Shown here: piece by piece, positions 29,800 through 40,282 of the stretch | Position numbering within the stretch: the stretch's first letter is position 1 | How the letters are laid out: the number at the start of each line of letters is the position of its first letter | Assembly (NCBI RefSeq): GCF_016789985.1 | Contig: NZ_JAEUOL010000054.1 | Location: 1 to 55,406 of the forward strand | Direction: 5' to 3' | DNA: 55,406 nucleotides | DNA from: Accumulibacter sp. | GTDB lineage: Bacteria; Pseudomonadota; Gammaproteobacteria; Burkholderiales; Rhodocyclaceae | Position numbers and translations under genes: made by a program | Notes under the pieces: model-generated | What the model was told of the DNA's origin: nothing | What the model saw: the letters and a program-made list of their open reading frames with translations, nothing else | The model's database searches: none

Positions 29800-30585
29800 A
29801 TGATCAGCCTGACGAGCAGCGAGATCAACGCTTGGGTGGTGGCGTTTTTTTTCCCCTTGGCGCGCGTCCTGGCGCTAATCGCCGCCGCCCCGCCATTCAA
29901 CAACCCGGCCCTGCCGGTACGCATCCGTCTGGTATTCGGCCTGGTCATCACGCTCGGCATCGCTCCCGTGCTGCCGCCGATGCCTGCCGTCGAGCCCGGC
30001 TCAGGAGCGGGCCTGTTGTTACTCGCTCAACAGGTCCTGATCGGCTTCGCGATGGGGTTCGCCATGCGCCTGGTCTTCAGCGCCGTGGACATGGCCGGCA
30101 ACCTGATCAGTTTGCAGATGGGCCTCAGCTTTGCCAGCTCCTATGACCCGCAAAGCGCCGGGCAGACTGCGGTCATTTCGGAGTTCCTGGGTCTGCTGGC
30201 CCTGCTTGTCTTCATGGCCATCAACGGCCATCTGATGGTGATCGCCACTCTGACGCAGAGTTTCAGCATCATCCCGGTGCGCGCCGGCAACTTCGCAGCA
30301 AATACCTGGTGGACGCTGGCTGAGTCGGGTGCCATCATCTTTTCGTCCGGTCTGCTGCTCGCCCTGCCAATTGTCGTTGCGTTGATGATCACCAACCTTG
30401 CCTTGGCCGTCCTCAGTCGTGCCGCACCGCAACTCAATCTGATGGCGATCGGCTTTCCGCTGACCATCGCACTCGGTTTCATGACACTGGTGCTTGGTTT
30501 GTCGCATCTCGCCCCCCCCCTGCTCGATTTGTTCGAACAGGGTTTGCAGGCGATGCTCGGGCTTCTCGGCGTCGCGCCGCGTTAG
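29800..30585 (+). CDS. fliR: Flagellar export gate protein FliR
   Basis: AGNLISLQMGLSFA, INGHL, RAAPQLNLMAIGFP. Confidence 0.97.
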   Translation: MISLTSSEINAWVVAFFFPLARVLALIAAAPPFNNPALPVRIRLVFGLVITLGIAPVLPPMPAVEPGSGAGLLLLAQQVLIGFAMGFAMRLVFSAVDMAGNLISLQMGLSFASSYDPQSAGQTAVISEFLGLLALLVFMAINGHLMVIATLTQSFSIIPVRAGNFAANTWWTLAESGAIIFSSGLLLALPIVVALMITNLALAVLSRAAPQLNLMAIGFPLTIALGFMTLVLGLSHLAPPLLDLFEQGLQAMLGLLGVAPR

Positions 30586-31115
30586 GGCATCCTGCCGGAG
30601 TTGGTGGCCACCAGCTGAATCACGCCCTCAGCATAGCGATGGGTAAACGGGGTACTCGATTCGACCCCTTCGGAGTAATCGAGAATCCGGTAGGCGGCAA
30701 AACCCCGTTGGTGCTGCAACTGCAATGCACGCCGCTTGAGAATCAATCCCGACTCGCCATCGCCGCCCGTACGAAAACTCTTGGCTCGCATCGAAAGGCG
30801 ATAGATGTTCGCGTCGAGGGGCGTTTCTTCGATCGTCCAGTTGGGCGCCAGCGGGTCATGGATCACGTAGGCGGCGATCGCCACGGCGGCGCCAAACCAA
30901 AGGTACTGCGCCGGACCACCGTACTCACTGACCATATAGCCAACGGAACCGGCGAGCGCGACCGCCTTTACTGGATCGAGGCTCACCGTCGGACTCGGCG
31001 ACTGCGTGAACACATGTGCATGGCCTTCGCCCTCTGCACGCGGCGGCGCCCGCCAGTCGACGGTGCCGCAAGCGCTGAGCAAGGCCAGGAGCAACACGCC
31101 GGCACGCGTGCGCAT
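30582..31115 (-). CDS. Hypothetical lipoprotein at the end of the flg operon
   Basis: Lipobox LSA-C and an internal hydrophobic segment. Starts 16 bp after the flgL stop. Confidence 0.8.
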   Translation of the reverse strand: MRTRAGVLLLALLSACGTVDWRAPPRAEGEGHAHVFTQSPSPTVSLDPVKAVALAGSVGYMVSEYGGPAQYLWFGAAVAIAAYVIHDPLAPNWTIEETPLDANIYRLSMRAKSFRTGGDGESGLILKRRALQLQHQRGFAAYRILDYSEGVESSTPFTHRYAEGVIQLVATNSGRMP

Positions 31116-31131
31116 GGGAAATTCCTTTCTC

Positions 31132-32481
31132 TCAGATGTACTTGAAAAGGCTCAGCCCGCTGATCGTGGCAAAGGATTTCTGTGCTGCCTCCAGCGTCAC
31201 CTGCTCCCGGGTGAAGTCCGAAATCGCTTTCACGTAGTCGAGATCGACAAGATCCGACAAGCTCTGCTGATACTGGATATCGAACGCGGCAGAATTATTG
31301 CTCAGGTTTTCCAGCGTCTGCAGACGCGTTCCGACACTGGCCTGCACTTCAGCAACATTGACCAGCGCCTGATCGACGTTGCCCAGGTGCGCCTGCAGCT
31401 GACCCGAGTAAGCCATCCTCGCCACACTCGAAGAGAGAGGTGTGCGCAGCAGATCGATCATCTCCTGCATGGTCTGAAAGACACTCTTGTTCACGCTGGG
31501 TGTGACGGCGAAGCTGTCGCCCGCAGCCGGTGATCCGTTGATCACCACCTGTGCTCCAAAGTCGGTACTCACGGGAGGCGCAGGCGGCTGACTGGTGGTG
31601 ATCAGCGGAATGGCCTGACCCGGGGTAAACGGCAGGACCGGGCTGACGGCCAGCGGCGATACGGTGGCCGCCGGAGGCGGCGGGGTCGAAACATCGAAGA
31701 GCTGATAACTGCTCACCCCTGCCACCGACGAAAACCTGATCTGCAACTCGCGATTGCTGCTTCCCTGCCAGGGGAATCCGCCGTCCAAGGCAGTGACCCA
31801 CTTCTCCCGATCGAGTACTGAACCCGCCTCGATCAGCCCGGTTCCCTGATTCGCGAGACCGCCGTTACCGCTTGCTGCCGTCGCGAAACTCCCGTTGCCT
31901 GCCCGAATGTCCATGAAAAGCTCGCTGCCGGTTACGTTGGTCGCCAACTGCCGGGAAGCACCCACCTGCAGCAGGCGCTCGCCGTCATCACCCGAATAGC
32001 CGACCAATCCCGTCGTTGCGGGCGGCAGCGCGGCGCTACGCGCGAACGGCTGGCTGGCTCCCTGGTAACCGGAAAAAAGATACTCGCCTTCCGCACTCCG
32101 GCTGTTGGCAATACCCAGCATCTCGTCGAAACGCGCCGCCAGCTCGCTGGCAATCGCCTGCCGATCACTGTCCGACAATACCGTGTTTCCCGCCTGAACC
32201 ACCCGGCTGCGGACACTCTGCAGCAGATCGGTCAAGGCAGTCAACTGGCTGTCGACCAGCCGCAACCGGTCGGTCGCGTCAGCCTGATTGCGTGCGTACT
32301 GGCCCTCGATCTCTTTTGCCTGCGTCAGCCCCAGGGTGCGTGCCGCAGCCACCGGATCGTCGGCCGGCGTCAGCAGCCGACGACCAGTGGAAAGCTGGTT
32401 CTGCAACTTGAGAAGCTGATCCTGCTTACGCTCGATTCCGGCGGTACCGGAGGAGTAAAGCTGACTGGTGCTGATGCGCAT
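31132..32481 (-). CDS. flgL: Hook-associated protein FlgL
   Basis: MRIST..., QLSTGRRLLTPADDPVAA, YLFSG, DLDYVKAIS, LSLFKYI. Confidence 0.95.
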   Translation of the reverse strand: MRISTSQLYSSGTAGIERKQDQLLKLQNQLSTGRRLLTPADDPVAAARTLGLTQAKEIEGQYARNQADATDRLRLVDSQLTALTDLLQSVRSRVVQAGNTVLSDSDRQAIASELAARFDEMLGIANSRSAEGEYLFSGYQGASQPFARSAALPPATTGLVGYSGDDGERLLQVGASRQLATNVTGSELFMDIRAGNGSFATAASGNGGLANQGTGLIEAGSVLDREKWVTALDGGFPWQGSSNRELQIRFSSVAGVSSYQLFDVSTPPPPAATVSPLAVSPVLPFTPGQAIPLITTSQPPAPPVSTDFGAQVVINGSPAAGDSFAVTPSVNKSVFQTMQEMIDLLRTPLSSSVARMAYSGQLQAHLGNVDQALVNVAEVQASVGTRLQTLENLSNNSAAFDIQYQQSLSDLVDLDYVKAISDFTREQVTLEAAQKSFATISGLSLFKYI

Positions 32482-32491
32482 CGGTACCTCC

Positions 32492-34537
32492 CTATCCAGC
32501 AGCGATCTGCAGAATCGTGTCGAACAGACTGGCGCCGATCTGCAGCGCCTTGGCCGAGGCCTGATACGCTTGCTGATAACGGATCAGATTCGCCGCCTCC
32601 TCGTCGAGATTGACTCCGGAAAGCGCGTCGCGGCTCGCCTGCGCCTGTACCAGCAGGGCCTGCTGTGCCTCGCTGATCACCTGTAACTGGCGAGTCTTGT
32701 TACCGCTTTCACTCACCAACTGCGTATAGGCTTCCTGGAACGATGCGGTCTTGCCCGACATCGTGTCCAGCGTCTGCAGTTCTCCAAGCGCCAGGGCGTT
32801 GCGGCCATCGGCGGTCGCCCCGCTGTTACGCACCAGCTGGAAGGTGTCGCCGTTGTTCGGCCGACCGCTGATCGTCAAGCTGAAACTGCTGGGCGGTGTG
32901 GTATTGGCCGGGCCCAGCAGGATAATGCTTGCCCCGCTGGTATAGGCGACGCCATCCGTCGCCGCGCCAATGAGCTGCGCCGGCCCGCCATCGATCGACA
33001 CCCGCGCCCCTACCGGAAAGTTGCGTAGCTGACCACTGTCATAAACCAGATTGATCGGCAATGCACCCACCGCGGCTGGAAAGCCCGGCCCGACAGCACC
33101 TGCGGAAATCTGTCCGGAACCGCTGTTGCCCGTTCCGGCCGACGTGCGAACCGGCCCGCCCGCCGGAATCAAGCGCGGATCAGCCACCAGCGCGGGATTG
33201 ACCGTGATCTTTCGCGCCGCATCCCGCGTCGGCTGAATGAGGTAGCTGGCACCAGCCGGCAGTGAACCCGACGCGCTGAGTGTGAACCCTTGCGGATCGC
33301 TGGCCAGCAGCGTGTTGATTGCCCCGACATCGCCACCCGCCCACTGTTTGTTGTCCGACAAGCGGGTCAACACGACACCGCTCGCATCACCGCTGAGTCG
33401 ATAATCACTGACGCCGAGATCGGTGTAGAAGTTGCCACCGAATGGTATCGGGGTGACAAAAGCGGCGCTCACCGTCGGGCTCGACGCCGGATTCTTCGCA
33501 TTGGCAAGCACGACCGGCTCGGTCACCGAAAACATGGCCGGCGAAAAACCCGAGGGCGGCGGCGAAAGCAGCGATTGACCAAGCAGATCCTGCCCGAGGG
33601 CGCTCTGGGCATTGAAGGTCAGTGCCAGCGAGACGGCGTTGCGTCCGAGGTCGCTGCTCACCCGATCCAGCGATTCCCTGCGAAAGGTGACCAGGCCGCC
33701 AAGTGCACCGCCATTGATCAATGTCTCGGGCATTTCCTGTACCCCGGCACCGCTCTTCAGACCAACCACCAGACGCGACGGATCGCTGGCCGACACCGTG
33801 GTCGCCAGGCCTATCGACTGCGAACCGACAACCAGCTGCTGACCGCTGCCAACGAACACATTGATGCTGCCGTCGCTGTTGCTGCTGGTTCTTGCCTTGA
33901 TCAGCTTGTTCAGCTCGGCAACCAGGTGGTCCCGACTGTCGAGCAGATCATTGGCAGGCTGACCGGTCGACGCCTGCGCTATGCCGATTCGATCGTTGAG
34001 TCCGGCAATCTGTTCGGCATAGGAATTGATCGTCGTGACGCTCTGTTTGATCTCGCCATTGATGCTCTCGTACATCTGGGCAAGTTGCGTACCCAATGAC
34101 TGGTAACGTGCAGTCAAACCCTGCGCCGTCGAGATCATCGCCTGACGGCTGGGCAGATGAGAGGGATTGGCTGCCACCTGCTGCACACTGTCGAAGAAAT
34201 CCTGCAGCGCCGGTGACAGACCGGCGCTCGCGTCGGCCAGCAGATTGTCGATCTGCTTGATCTGCGCCGAGTAGCTGTCGAGTTCGCTCGCGCTGCTCTG
34301 CGCGCGATCGACCTGTTCGGCGAGAAAGCGGTTGTACTGACGTTCGATCGTCACCACCTGCGTGCCTTGGCCGAGAAACCCGGCACCCGTCACCACCCCG
34401 GGATTGCTCCCCTGGATCGCCCGCTGGCGGCTGAAGCCCGGGGTATTGGCGTTGGCGATATTGTGCTCGGTCGTCTGCAACCCGAGCTGGGCGGCATACA
34501 AACCGCTGACACCTGTACCGAGAATTCCTGAGCCCAT
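32492..34537 (-). CDS. flgK: Hook-associated protein FlgK
   Basis: HNIANANTPGFSRQ; SGVNLDEEAANLIRYQQAYQASAK. Confidence 0.96.
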   Translation of the reverse strand: MGSGILGTGVSGLYAAQLGLQTTEHNIANANTPGFSRQRAIQGSNPGVVTGAGFLGQGTQVVTIERQYNRFLAEQVDRAQSSASELDSYSAQIKQIDNLLADASAGLSPALQDFFDSVQQVAANPSHLPSRQAMISTAQGLTARYQSLGTQLAQMYESINGEIKQSVTTINSYAEQIAGLNDRIGIAQASTGQPANDLLDSRDHLVAELNKLIKARTSSNSDGSINVFVGSGQQLVVGSQSIGLATTVSASDPSRLVVGLKSGAGVQEMPETLINGGALGGLVTFRRESLDRVSSDLGRNAVSLALTFNAQSALGQDLLGQSLLSPPPSGFSPAMFSVTEPVVLANAKNPASSPTVSAAFVTPIPFGGNFYTDLGVSDYRLSGDASGVVLTRLSDNKQWAGGDVGAINTLLASDPQGFTLSASGSLPAGASYLIQPTRDAARKITVNPALVADPRLIPAGGPVRTSAGTGNSGSGQISAGAVGPGFPAAVGALPINLVYDSGQLRNFPVGARVSIDGGPAQLIGAATDGVAYTSGASIILLGPANTTPPSSFSLTISGRPNNGDTFQLVRNSGATADGRNALALGELQTLDTMSGKTASFQEAYTQLVSESGNKTRQLQVISEAQQALLVQAQASRDALSGVNLDEEAANLIRYQQAYQASAKALQIGASLFDTILQIAAG

Positions 34538-34572
34538 GCGTTGACTTCCTGGTTGATAGGTCGCTGTGTCGG

Positions 34573-34599
34573 TAAACGGTAACCCGGCGGAAAAATTTA
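34573..34599 (-). promoter_or_regulatory. Possible sigma28 promoter of flgKL
   Basis: TAAA-N15-ACCGTTTA; three mismatches to GCCGATAA in the -10 element. Confidence 0.5.
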
Positions 34600-34619
34600 G
34601 CAGCGCCGCAACAAATCGC

Positions 34620-35579
34620 TCAAGCAGCTGACAACGCCTGCCGCAGGGTCGTTCCACCGATGATGCGCGCCAGCTTGTCGGCGTACATGGGATCGGTGGC
34701 ATAGCCGGCCTGTTGCAGGGAACGCGCAAACTGCACACCATCCTGCTGTCCGATGGCGCCTGAAAAGCGAGGATTGCTGGTCAGGAGTTGTGCATAGTCG
34801 TGAAACGCCTCGGCATACGAGCCATAGGCACGGAACTTTGCACGTACCGCTTGCGCCACGCCATTGACAAACTCCGTGGTCTGCACTTCGACGGTCGGTC
34901 CCGACCAGTTGCGCCCGGCCTTGATGCCAAATACATTGTGGCTTGGCGAACCTTCGGCAGTACGCAGTTCGCGCCTGCCCCAACCACTCTCGAGGGCTGA
35001 CTGGGCAATCAGGAAATGCGCCGGTACTCCCGTACGGGCCGATGCTTCGACAGCATGCGGCCAGACACGGTCGACAAACTCGCGCCCACGCGGCACCCCA
35101 GCGCTGTCTTTGCCGCCCTCGACGGTGGACAGACTGGTCGGCCGCTGCACACCGGGAAAACGCCGGTCAACCGCAGGAAACCGGTTCGCGTACTGCGCCA
35201 GCAGCGACTGCTGCAGCGTATCGAGCGGGGCATCCGACGTGGTCGCGGTCGTCGTCGCCGCTGCCGCCGGCATCTGGCGCGCCAACTGCTTTTCGACCAG
35301 CCCGGCGAAGCCCAAGGGAAGCTTGGCCGCCAGGTCCTGCGCCATTTGCTGGTCGCCGATGGCGGTGAAAAAACGGCTCTGCTCGCTATCCAGCAGACCA
35401 CCGGCAGACGTCGCATCACGCATGCTCTTGAGCATCAGATGCAGGAGCATGCCCTCGAACTGTTGCGCAGCCTGCTTCGCTCCGGCCTGCGGGTCTTGAC
35501 GCAGTCTGACACGCAGGTCCGCCCCGACTGCCGGGTCGAGAATCAGGCGCTGGGCAGCAAGGTCGGTGGCTTTCATCAC
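34620..35579 (-). CDS. flgJ: Flagellar rod assembly protein/peptidoglycan hydrolase FlgJ
   Basis: AQQFEGM...MLKSMRDA; AQSALESGWG; NVFGIKA; GYATDPMYA. Confidence 0.96.
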   Translation of the reverse strand: MMKATDLAAQRLILDPAVGADLRVRLRQDPQAGAKQAAQQFEGMLLHLMLKSMRDATSAGGLLDSEQSRFFTAIGDQQMAQDLAAKLPLGFAGLVEKQLARQMPAAAATTTATTSDAPLDTLQQSLLAQYANRFPAVDRRFPGVQRPTSLSTVEGGKDSAGVPRGREFVDRVWPHAVEASARTGVPAHFLIAQSALESGWGRRELRTAEGSPSHNVFGIKAGRNWSGPTVEVQTTEFVNGVAQAVRAKFRAYGSYAEAFHDYAQLLTSNPRFSGAIGQQDGVQFARSLQQAGYATDPMYADKLARIIGGTTLRQALSAA

Positions 35580-35609
35580 GTGAACGTATCGATTCGGCTG
35601 GAAAACGGC

Positions 35610-36749
35610 TCAGATGATCTCGAGTTCGGCACGCAACGCACCGGCGGCCTTCATCGACTGCAGGATGGACAGCAGGTCCTGCGGTCCGGCACCGAGGGCA
35701 TTGATCGCTTTCACCACCTCTGCAAGATTGACGCCCGGCTTGAGTTGGATCAGCGAACCGCCCCCCTGCTTGATGTCGACCTCGCTCTGCGTCGTGGTGA
35801 CCGTCTGGCCGGCTGCCAGCGGGTTGGGCTGACTGACCTTCTGCTCGGTGTTGATGATCACCGACAGGTTGCCATGCGCCACCGCACATGAGTCCAGGGT
35901 GACCGTCTGGTTCATGACCACCGACCCCGTGCGCGGATTGATGATCACTTTGGCCACGGTCTTGCTCGGCCGAACGTCGAGGTTCTCGACTCGTCCGAGA
36001 AATGCGACCCGGCTATTTGCTTCCTCGGGCGCGAATACACGAATCACCCGCCCGTCGACCGCCTGCGCCGTGCCCGGACCGATCTCGCGATTGATCGCCT
36101 CGACCACCCGCTGTGTCGTGCCGAAATCGGTGATCCCCAGTTCGTAGTGAACAAACGGCCCCTGCCCGAGGGCTGTCGGCACCTCGCGCTCGACCGTCGC
36201 ACCACCGACCACACGACCGGCGAGCAGATGGTTGACCACCAGCTTGCTGCCGCCCGACGCAGCGCCCGCACCGCCCACCAGCAGATTCCCCTGTGCCTGC
36301 GCGTAGATCTGGCCATCGGCGCCCTTCAGTGGTGTCATCACCAGCGTCCCGCCACGCAGACTCTTGGCGTTACCCATCGACGATACGGTAATGTCGATCT
36401 GTTGCCCGATTCTCGCAAATGGTGGCAGATTGGCGGTGACCATCACCGCGGCAACGTTCTTGAGCTGCAGCGATTGAGCCGTCGTCACCGTGGTCCCGAG
36501 TTGCGCCAGCATGTTGATGATGCTTTGCGAGGTAAAGGGCGTCTGCGTTGTCTGGTCTCCGCTGCCGTCCAGTCCGACGACCAGACCATAGCCGACCAGT
36601 TGATTGTTGCGCACCCCCTGCAACGACGCCAGATCCTTGATGCGCTCGGCGGACGCCGGCTCGCTGACGAGCAGGAGTGCCACGCCGGCAAGAATTGCCG
36701 CCTGACGCAACCAACGGGTGGCTTGCCGGTCGATACTGCGGATCATCAC
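35610..36749 (-). CDS. flgI: Flagellar P-ring protein FlgI
   Basis: RIKDL...[21 protein letters not shown]; [13 protein letters not shown]. Confidence 0.97.
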   Translation of the reverse strand: MMIRSIDRQATRWLRQAAILAGVALLLVSEPASAERIKDLASLQGVRNNQLVGYGLVVGLDGSGDQTTQTPFTSQSIINMLAQLGTTVTTAQSLQLKNVAAVMVTANLPPFARIGQQIDITVSSMGNAKSLRGGTLVMTPLKGADGQIYAQAQGNLLVGGAGAASGGSKLVVNHLLAGRVVGGATVEREVPTALGQGPFVHYELGITDFGTTQRVVEAINREIGPGTAQAVDGRVIRVFAPEEANSRVAFLGRVENLDVRPSKTVAKVIINPRTGSVVMNQTVTLDSCAVAHGNLSVIINTEQKVSQPNPLAAGQTVTTTQSEVDIKQGGGSLIQLKPGVNLAEVVKAINALGAGPQDLLSILQSMKAAGALRAELEII

Positions 36750-36757
36750 CTGTCTCC

Positions 36758-37432
36758 TCAGAATGGCAGGACGGTCAGGAAGAAGCGCGCCAGCCAGCCC
36801 ATGACCTCGGCTTCACTGATTGCACCACTTTCCTTGTACTCGATGCGGGCATCCGCCACCTGTGACGAGGCAATGGTGTTGGATGCGTTGACGAAATAGG
36901 GATTGACGATGCCCGAAAGACGGATGTACTCCTGCCCATGACCGATCGCCACCTGCTTCTCTCCGGAGACCAGCAGGTTGCCATTGGGCAGCACCTCGAT
37001 GACCGTCACCGTGATGGTACCGGTAAACACGTTGTTGGCAGCCGCATCGCCCTTGCCGCTGGCAACATTGCTGCTGTTTGCCTTCAGCTCGGTCAGCGTC
37101 TTGCCGGGCAGGTTGAGATTCGGCCCAACCGACGCATTGATGCTGCCGGTCTTGGACACGTTGTTGTTCGACTTGGTGGCTGCCGAGGTATTCTCGGTAA
37201 TCGTGACGGTGATCGTGTCGCCGACGTAACGCGCGCGCCGATCCTCGAAGAGGGTTCGCGAAGCCCCCGCCTGGTAGATGCTCCCGGTCGACGCCAGACT
37301 GGCTGCCAGCAATTCGGGACGCGGTTGAGGGCGCGCGGTCATTGGTTGGTGGACGTTGGTTGGCGGAACCGTGGTACACCCACCAACCAGCAGCGAGACC
37401 ACAATGAACCGGAGGCTCTGTTGCCTAAGCAT
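36758..37432 (-). CDS. flgH: Flagellar L-ring protein FlgH
   Basis: Lipobox [38 protein letters not shown]. Confidence 0.96.
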   Translation of the reverse strand: MLRQQSLRFIVVSLLVGGCTTVPPTNVHQPMTARPQPRPELLAASLASTGSIYQAGASRTLFEDRRARYVGDTITVTITENTSAATKSNNNVSKTGSINASVGPNLNLPGKTLTELKANSSNVASGKGDAAANNVFTGTITVTVIEVLPNGNLLVSGEKQVAIGHGQEYIRLSGIVNPYFVNASNTIASSQVADARIEYKESGAISEAEVMGWLARFFLTVLPF

Positions 37433-37442
37433 CTACCACCTC

Positions 37443-38225
37443 TTATAACTGCGTCAGCCGCGCCAGCATCTGGTCCGAGGTCGACACCACCTTGGAGTTG
37501 AGTTCGTAGGCGCGCTGTGTCTGGATCATCAGCACCAGTTCCTGCGCCACATTGACGTTCGATGCCTCGACGTAGTTCTGCACCACCACCCCTGAGCCAT
37601 TGGTGCCGGGGGTATTGGGAGTCGGGGTGCCACTCGAGGCGGTCTCCAGGTAGAGGTTCTCACCGACGCTCTGCAGACCGCCGTTGTTGATGAAAGTGGC
37701 CACCTGGATGGTGCCGATCTGCACCGTGGCCGGCGAATTCGGTTGCGTGATGCTGACCACACCATCGGTGCCAACCGTAATCGTCAGGGCATTCTGAGGA
37801 ATGGTGATCGCTGGCTGCAAAGGATAGCCATTGGCAGTGACGATCTGTCCCTGGTTATCCTTCTGGAACGACCCGTCGCGCGTGTACGCGGTCGTCCCAT
37901 CAGGCAGCAACACCTGAAAAAAGCCGGCCCCGTCGATTGCCATGTCCAGGCTGTTGCCGGTCTGCTGCAGTGAGCCTTGGGTAAAGATACGCCCGGTGGA
38001 CACCGGCGTCGTTCCAAGACCGATCTGCAGACCATCCGGTATCTGGGTGGTCTGCGACGACTGTGCCCCCGGTTGGCGCAGGGTCTGATAGAGCAGATCG
38101 GCAAAAATGCCGCGCGCCTGTTTGAAGCCGTTGGTACTGACGTTGGCCAGATTGTTGGCAATGATGTCGATCTGCACCTGTTGCGCAGTAAGGCCGGTGC
38201 TGGCGGTCCATAGGGAACGGATCAT
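37443..38225 (-). CDS. flgG: Flagellar distal rod protein FlgG
   Basis: [42 protein letters not shown]. Confidence 0.96.
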   Translation of the reverse strand: MIRSLWTASTGLTAQQVQIDIIANNLANVSTNGFKQARGIFADLLYQTLRQPGAQSSQTTQIPDGLQIGLGTTPVSTGRIFTQGSLQQTGNSLDMAIDGAGFFQVLLPDGTTAYTRDGSFQKDNQGQIVTANGYPLQPAITIPQNALTITVGTDGVVSITQPNSPATVQIGTIQVATFINNGGLQSVGENLYLETASSGTPTPNTPGTNGSGVVVQNYVEASNVNVAQELVLMIQTQRAYELNSKVVSTSDQMLARLTQL

Positions 38226-38235
38226 CGGTGTCCTA

Positions 38236-38985
38236 TCAACGGTTGATGGCGAGCAACTGGTCTGCAGACCTTGCGTTGGCATCGGCCGTCTGCAGCATCT
38301 TGATTTGCATCTCGAACTGGCGCGCCAGGCTGATCATCCGGACCATGGCATCAACCGGATTGACGTTACTTCCCTCGAGAGCCTCCGGTACCAGCTTGAC
38401 GTTTTCGTCGGAAATCCCCGGAATGCCGCTGGTAACGCGGAACAACCCGTCGTCACCCCGTACCAGATCGTTTTCTGGCGGATTGACCAGCTTGATGCGC
38501 CCCACCACGTTGGCACTGTTGAGCGCTCCGGCGCCGGGACGGGGAACGCTCGAAACCGTTCCGTCCGGAGCAATCGTGATGTTGCTATCTGGCGGCAGAG
38601 AGATGGGCCCGCCTTCGCCCAGGACATTGAAGCCCGAAGTGGTCTGCAATATCCCGTTGGCGTCAGTCTTCAGGTTGCCGGCACGTGTATACGCCTCTGT
38701 CCCATCCGCTGTCTGGACGGCAATCCACCCGGCACCCTGAAGGGCAACGTCGAGCGGGCGGCCGGTCGCGATGACCGCACCTTGTTCGAAGATATTGGCC
38801 ACCGACGCGTCGACCGTGAAGGCGCGCGTCGGTTGCCCGACACCCACTACCGGCACGGCACGCAACCTGTGCTCCATGGCACGATAACCGGTGGTGGTGG
38901 CGTTGGCGAGATTCTGCGCCACGCCGGCCTGCTGCAGAAAAATCTGCTTGGCACCGCTCATGGCAGTGTAGATCAGACGATCCAT
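38236..38985 (-). CDS. flgF: Flagellar rod protein FlgF
   Basis: [34 protein letters not shown]. Confidence 0.96.
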   Translation of the reverse strand: MDRLIYTAMSGAKQIFLQQAGVAQNLANATTTGYRAMEHRLRAVPVVGVGQPTRAFTVDASVANIFEQGAVIATGRPLDVALQGAGWIAVQTADGTEAYTRAGNLKTDANGILQTTSGFNVLGEGGPISLPPDSNITIAPDGTVSSVPRPGAGALNSANVVGRIKLVNPPENDLVRGDDGLFRVTSGIPGISDENVKLVPEALEGSNVNPVDAMVRMISLARQFEMQIKMLQTADANARSADQLLAINR

Positions 38986-39014
38986 GCAACCTCCACTGGT
39001 CCGGGCCCGACCAA

Positions 39015-40265
39015 TCAGCGCAGATTGATCAGGGTCTGCATGATCTGATCTTGCGTCTTGATCGTCTGCGCGTTCGCCTGATAGTTGCGCTGCGCAGTAA
39101 TCATGGAAACCAGTTCATTCGTCAGGTCGACGTTGGAGTCCTCAACTGCAGCCGACTGGATCACGCCACGACTGCCCGAGGCGGGCGCACCGATCAGTTC
39201 CGGGCCAGAGATCGAAGTCGCACTCCACTGGTTGTTGCCGAGGTTGAGCAGTCCATTGGGGTCGGCAAAGGTGGCCAGTACCAATTGCCCCATGGCTCGT
39301 GTCTGACCATTGCTGTAGCGTCCCTGCATGATGCCGTCGCTCAGCACGCCAACGCCGACCAGACTGCCAGTGGCATAGCCGCCCTGGGTCAGGCGATCGA
39401 CACTCGAAGCACTGCCATACTGCGTCGTACCCGTGTAGTCGATGAGCCCGGGGGACCAGGGAGTCGCAGCGCCGCTGCTCAGAGGCCACGACGGCAGCGT
39501 GTGTGTCGGCGCCGAGCTCAAGGCTCCCGACGTATCAAAGACCAGATTGCCACCGGGAACGAGTTGCGGCGCCGCGCCATCGAGGGTGGCCCAGACCGTC
39601 CACTCGCCGCCGACCGGGGGGGTCGGTGCATTCAGCACGTAATAGGTCGTGAGATTGTGCGAAACACCCAGAGTGTCAAAAACCGTCAGCGCGGTCGAAA
39701 AATTATAAGTCGACGGGTTCGCATAGTCGAAAGGCTGCAATGCGGGAACAGTGTCCCGCGAGTCGAGATTGAGCACCGCACTGATGTCCCCAGACAGCGG
39801 ATCGCTTGTCGCGCGTGGTGGAATCTGGCTCGCCGAGAGCTGCAGTTCGATCGGATTCGCCGGGGTGATCGTCCCGGTCACGCTCACCGGGTAACCCGTC
39901 AGGCGCAGCCTTTGATCGTTGATGACGTAACCCTGGTTGTCGATATGGAACTGGCCGTTGCGCGTGTAGCTGATCGCTCCATCGTCGCTCATGCGAAAGA
40001 AGCCGCCGCCATTCACCGCCAGATCGAGGGCATTGTCGGTGGTCGTCAGATTGCCCTGGGTAAACTGTTGCTGAATCCCCGAAACAGCCACCCCGATGCC
40101 GATCTGTGATGCACCGACGATACCCAGCGACGCGGCGAAGACATCCGAGAAATTTGTGTTGGCGCGCTTGAAGCCGACCGTGCTGGCATTGGCCACATTA
40201 TTGCCGATCACATCAAGCGACGCGGCCGCAGCATCCAGACCACTCAAGCCTTGTTGGAAACTCAT
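39015..40265 (-). CDS. flgE: Flagellar hook protein FlgE
   Basis: MSFQQGLSGL, GNNVANASTVGFK, SNVDLTNELV, QRNYQANAQTIKT. Confidence 0.97.
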   Translation of the reverse strand: MSFQQGLSGLDAAAASLDVIGNNVANASTVGFKRANTNFSDVFAASLGIVGASQIGIGVAVSGIQQQFTQGNLTTTDNALDLAVNGGGFFRMSDDGAISYTRNGQFHIDNQGYVINDQRLRLTGYPVSVTGTITPANPIELQLSASQIPPRATSDPLSGDISAVLNLDSRDTVPALQPFDYANPSTYNFSTALTVFDTLGVSHNLTTYYVLNAPTPPVGGEWTVWATLDGAAPQLVPGGNLVFDTSGALSSAPTHTLPSWPLSSGAATPWSPGLIDYTGTTQYGSASSVDRLTQGGYATGSLVGVGVLSDGIMQGRYSNGQTRAMGQLVLATFADPNGLLNLGNNQWSATSISGPELIGAPASGSRGVIQSAAVEDSNVDLTNELVSMITAQRNYQANAQTIKTQDQIMQTLINLR

Positions 40266-40282
40266 TCTTGCTCCTGATCGTT

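Noticed and set aside
36778-36793. TGGCGCGCTTCTTCCT sigma54-like site upstream of flgI
   Set aside because: The -12 dinucleotide is CC rather than GC, and the sequence is explained by the conserved FlgH WLARFF codons.
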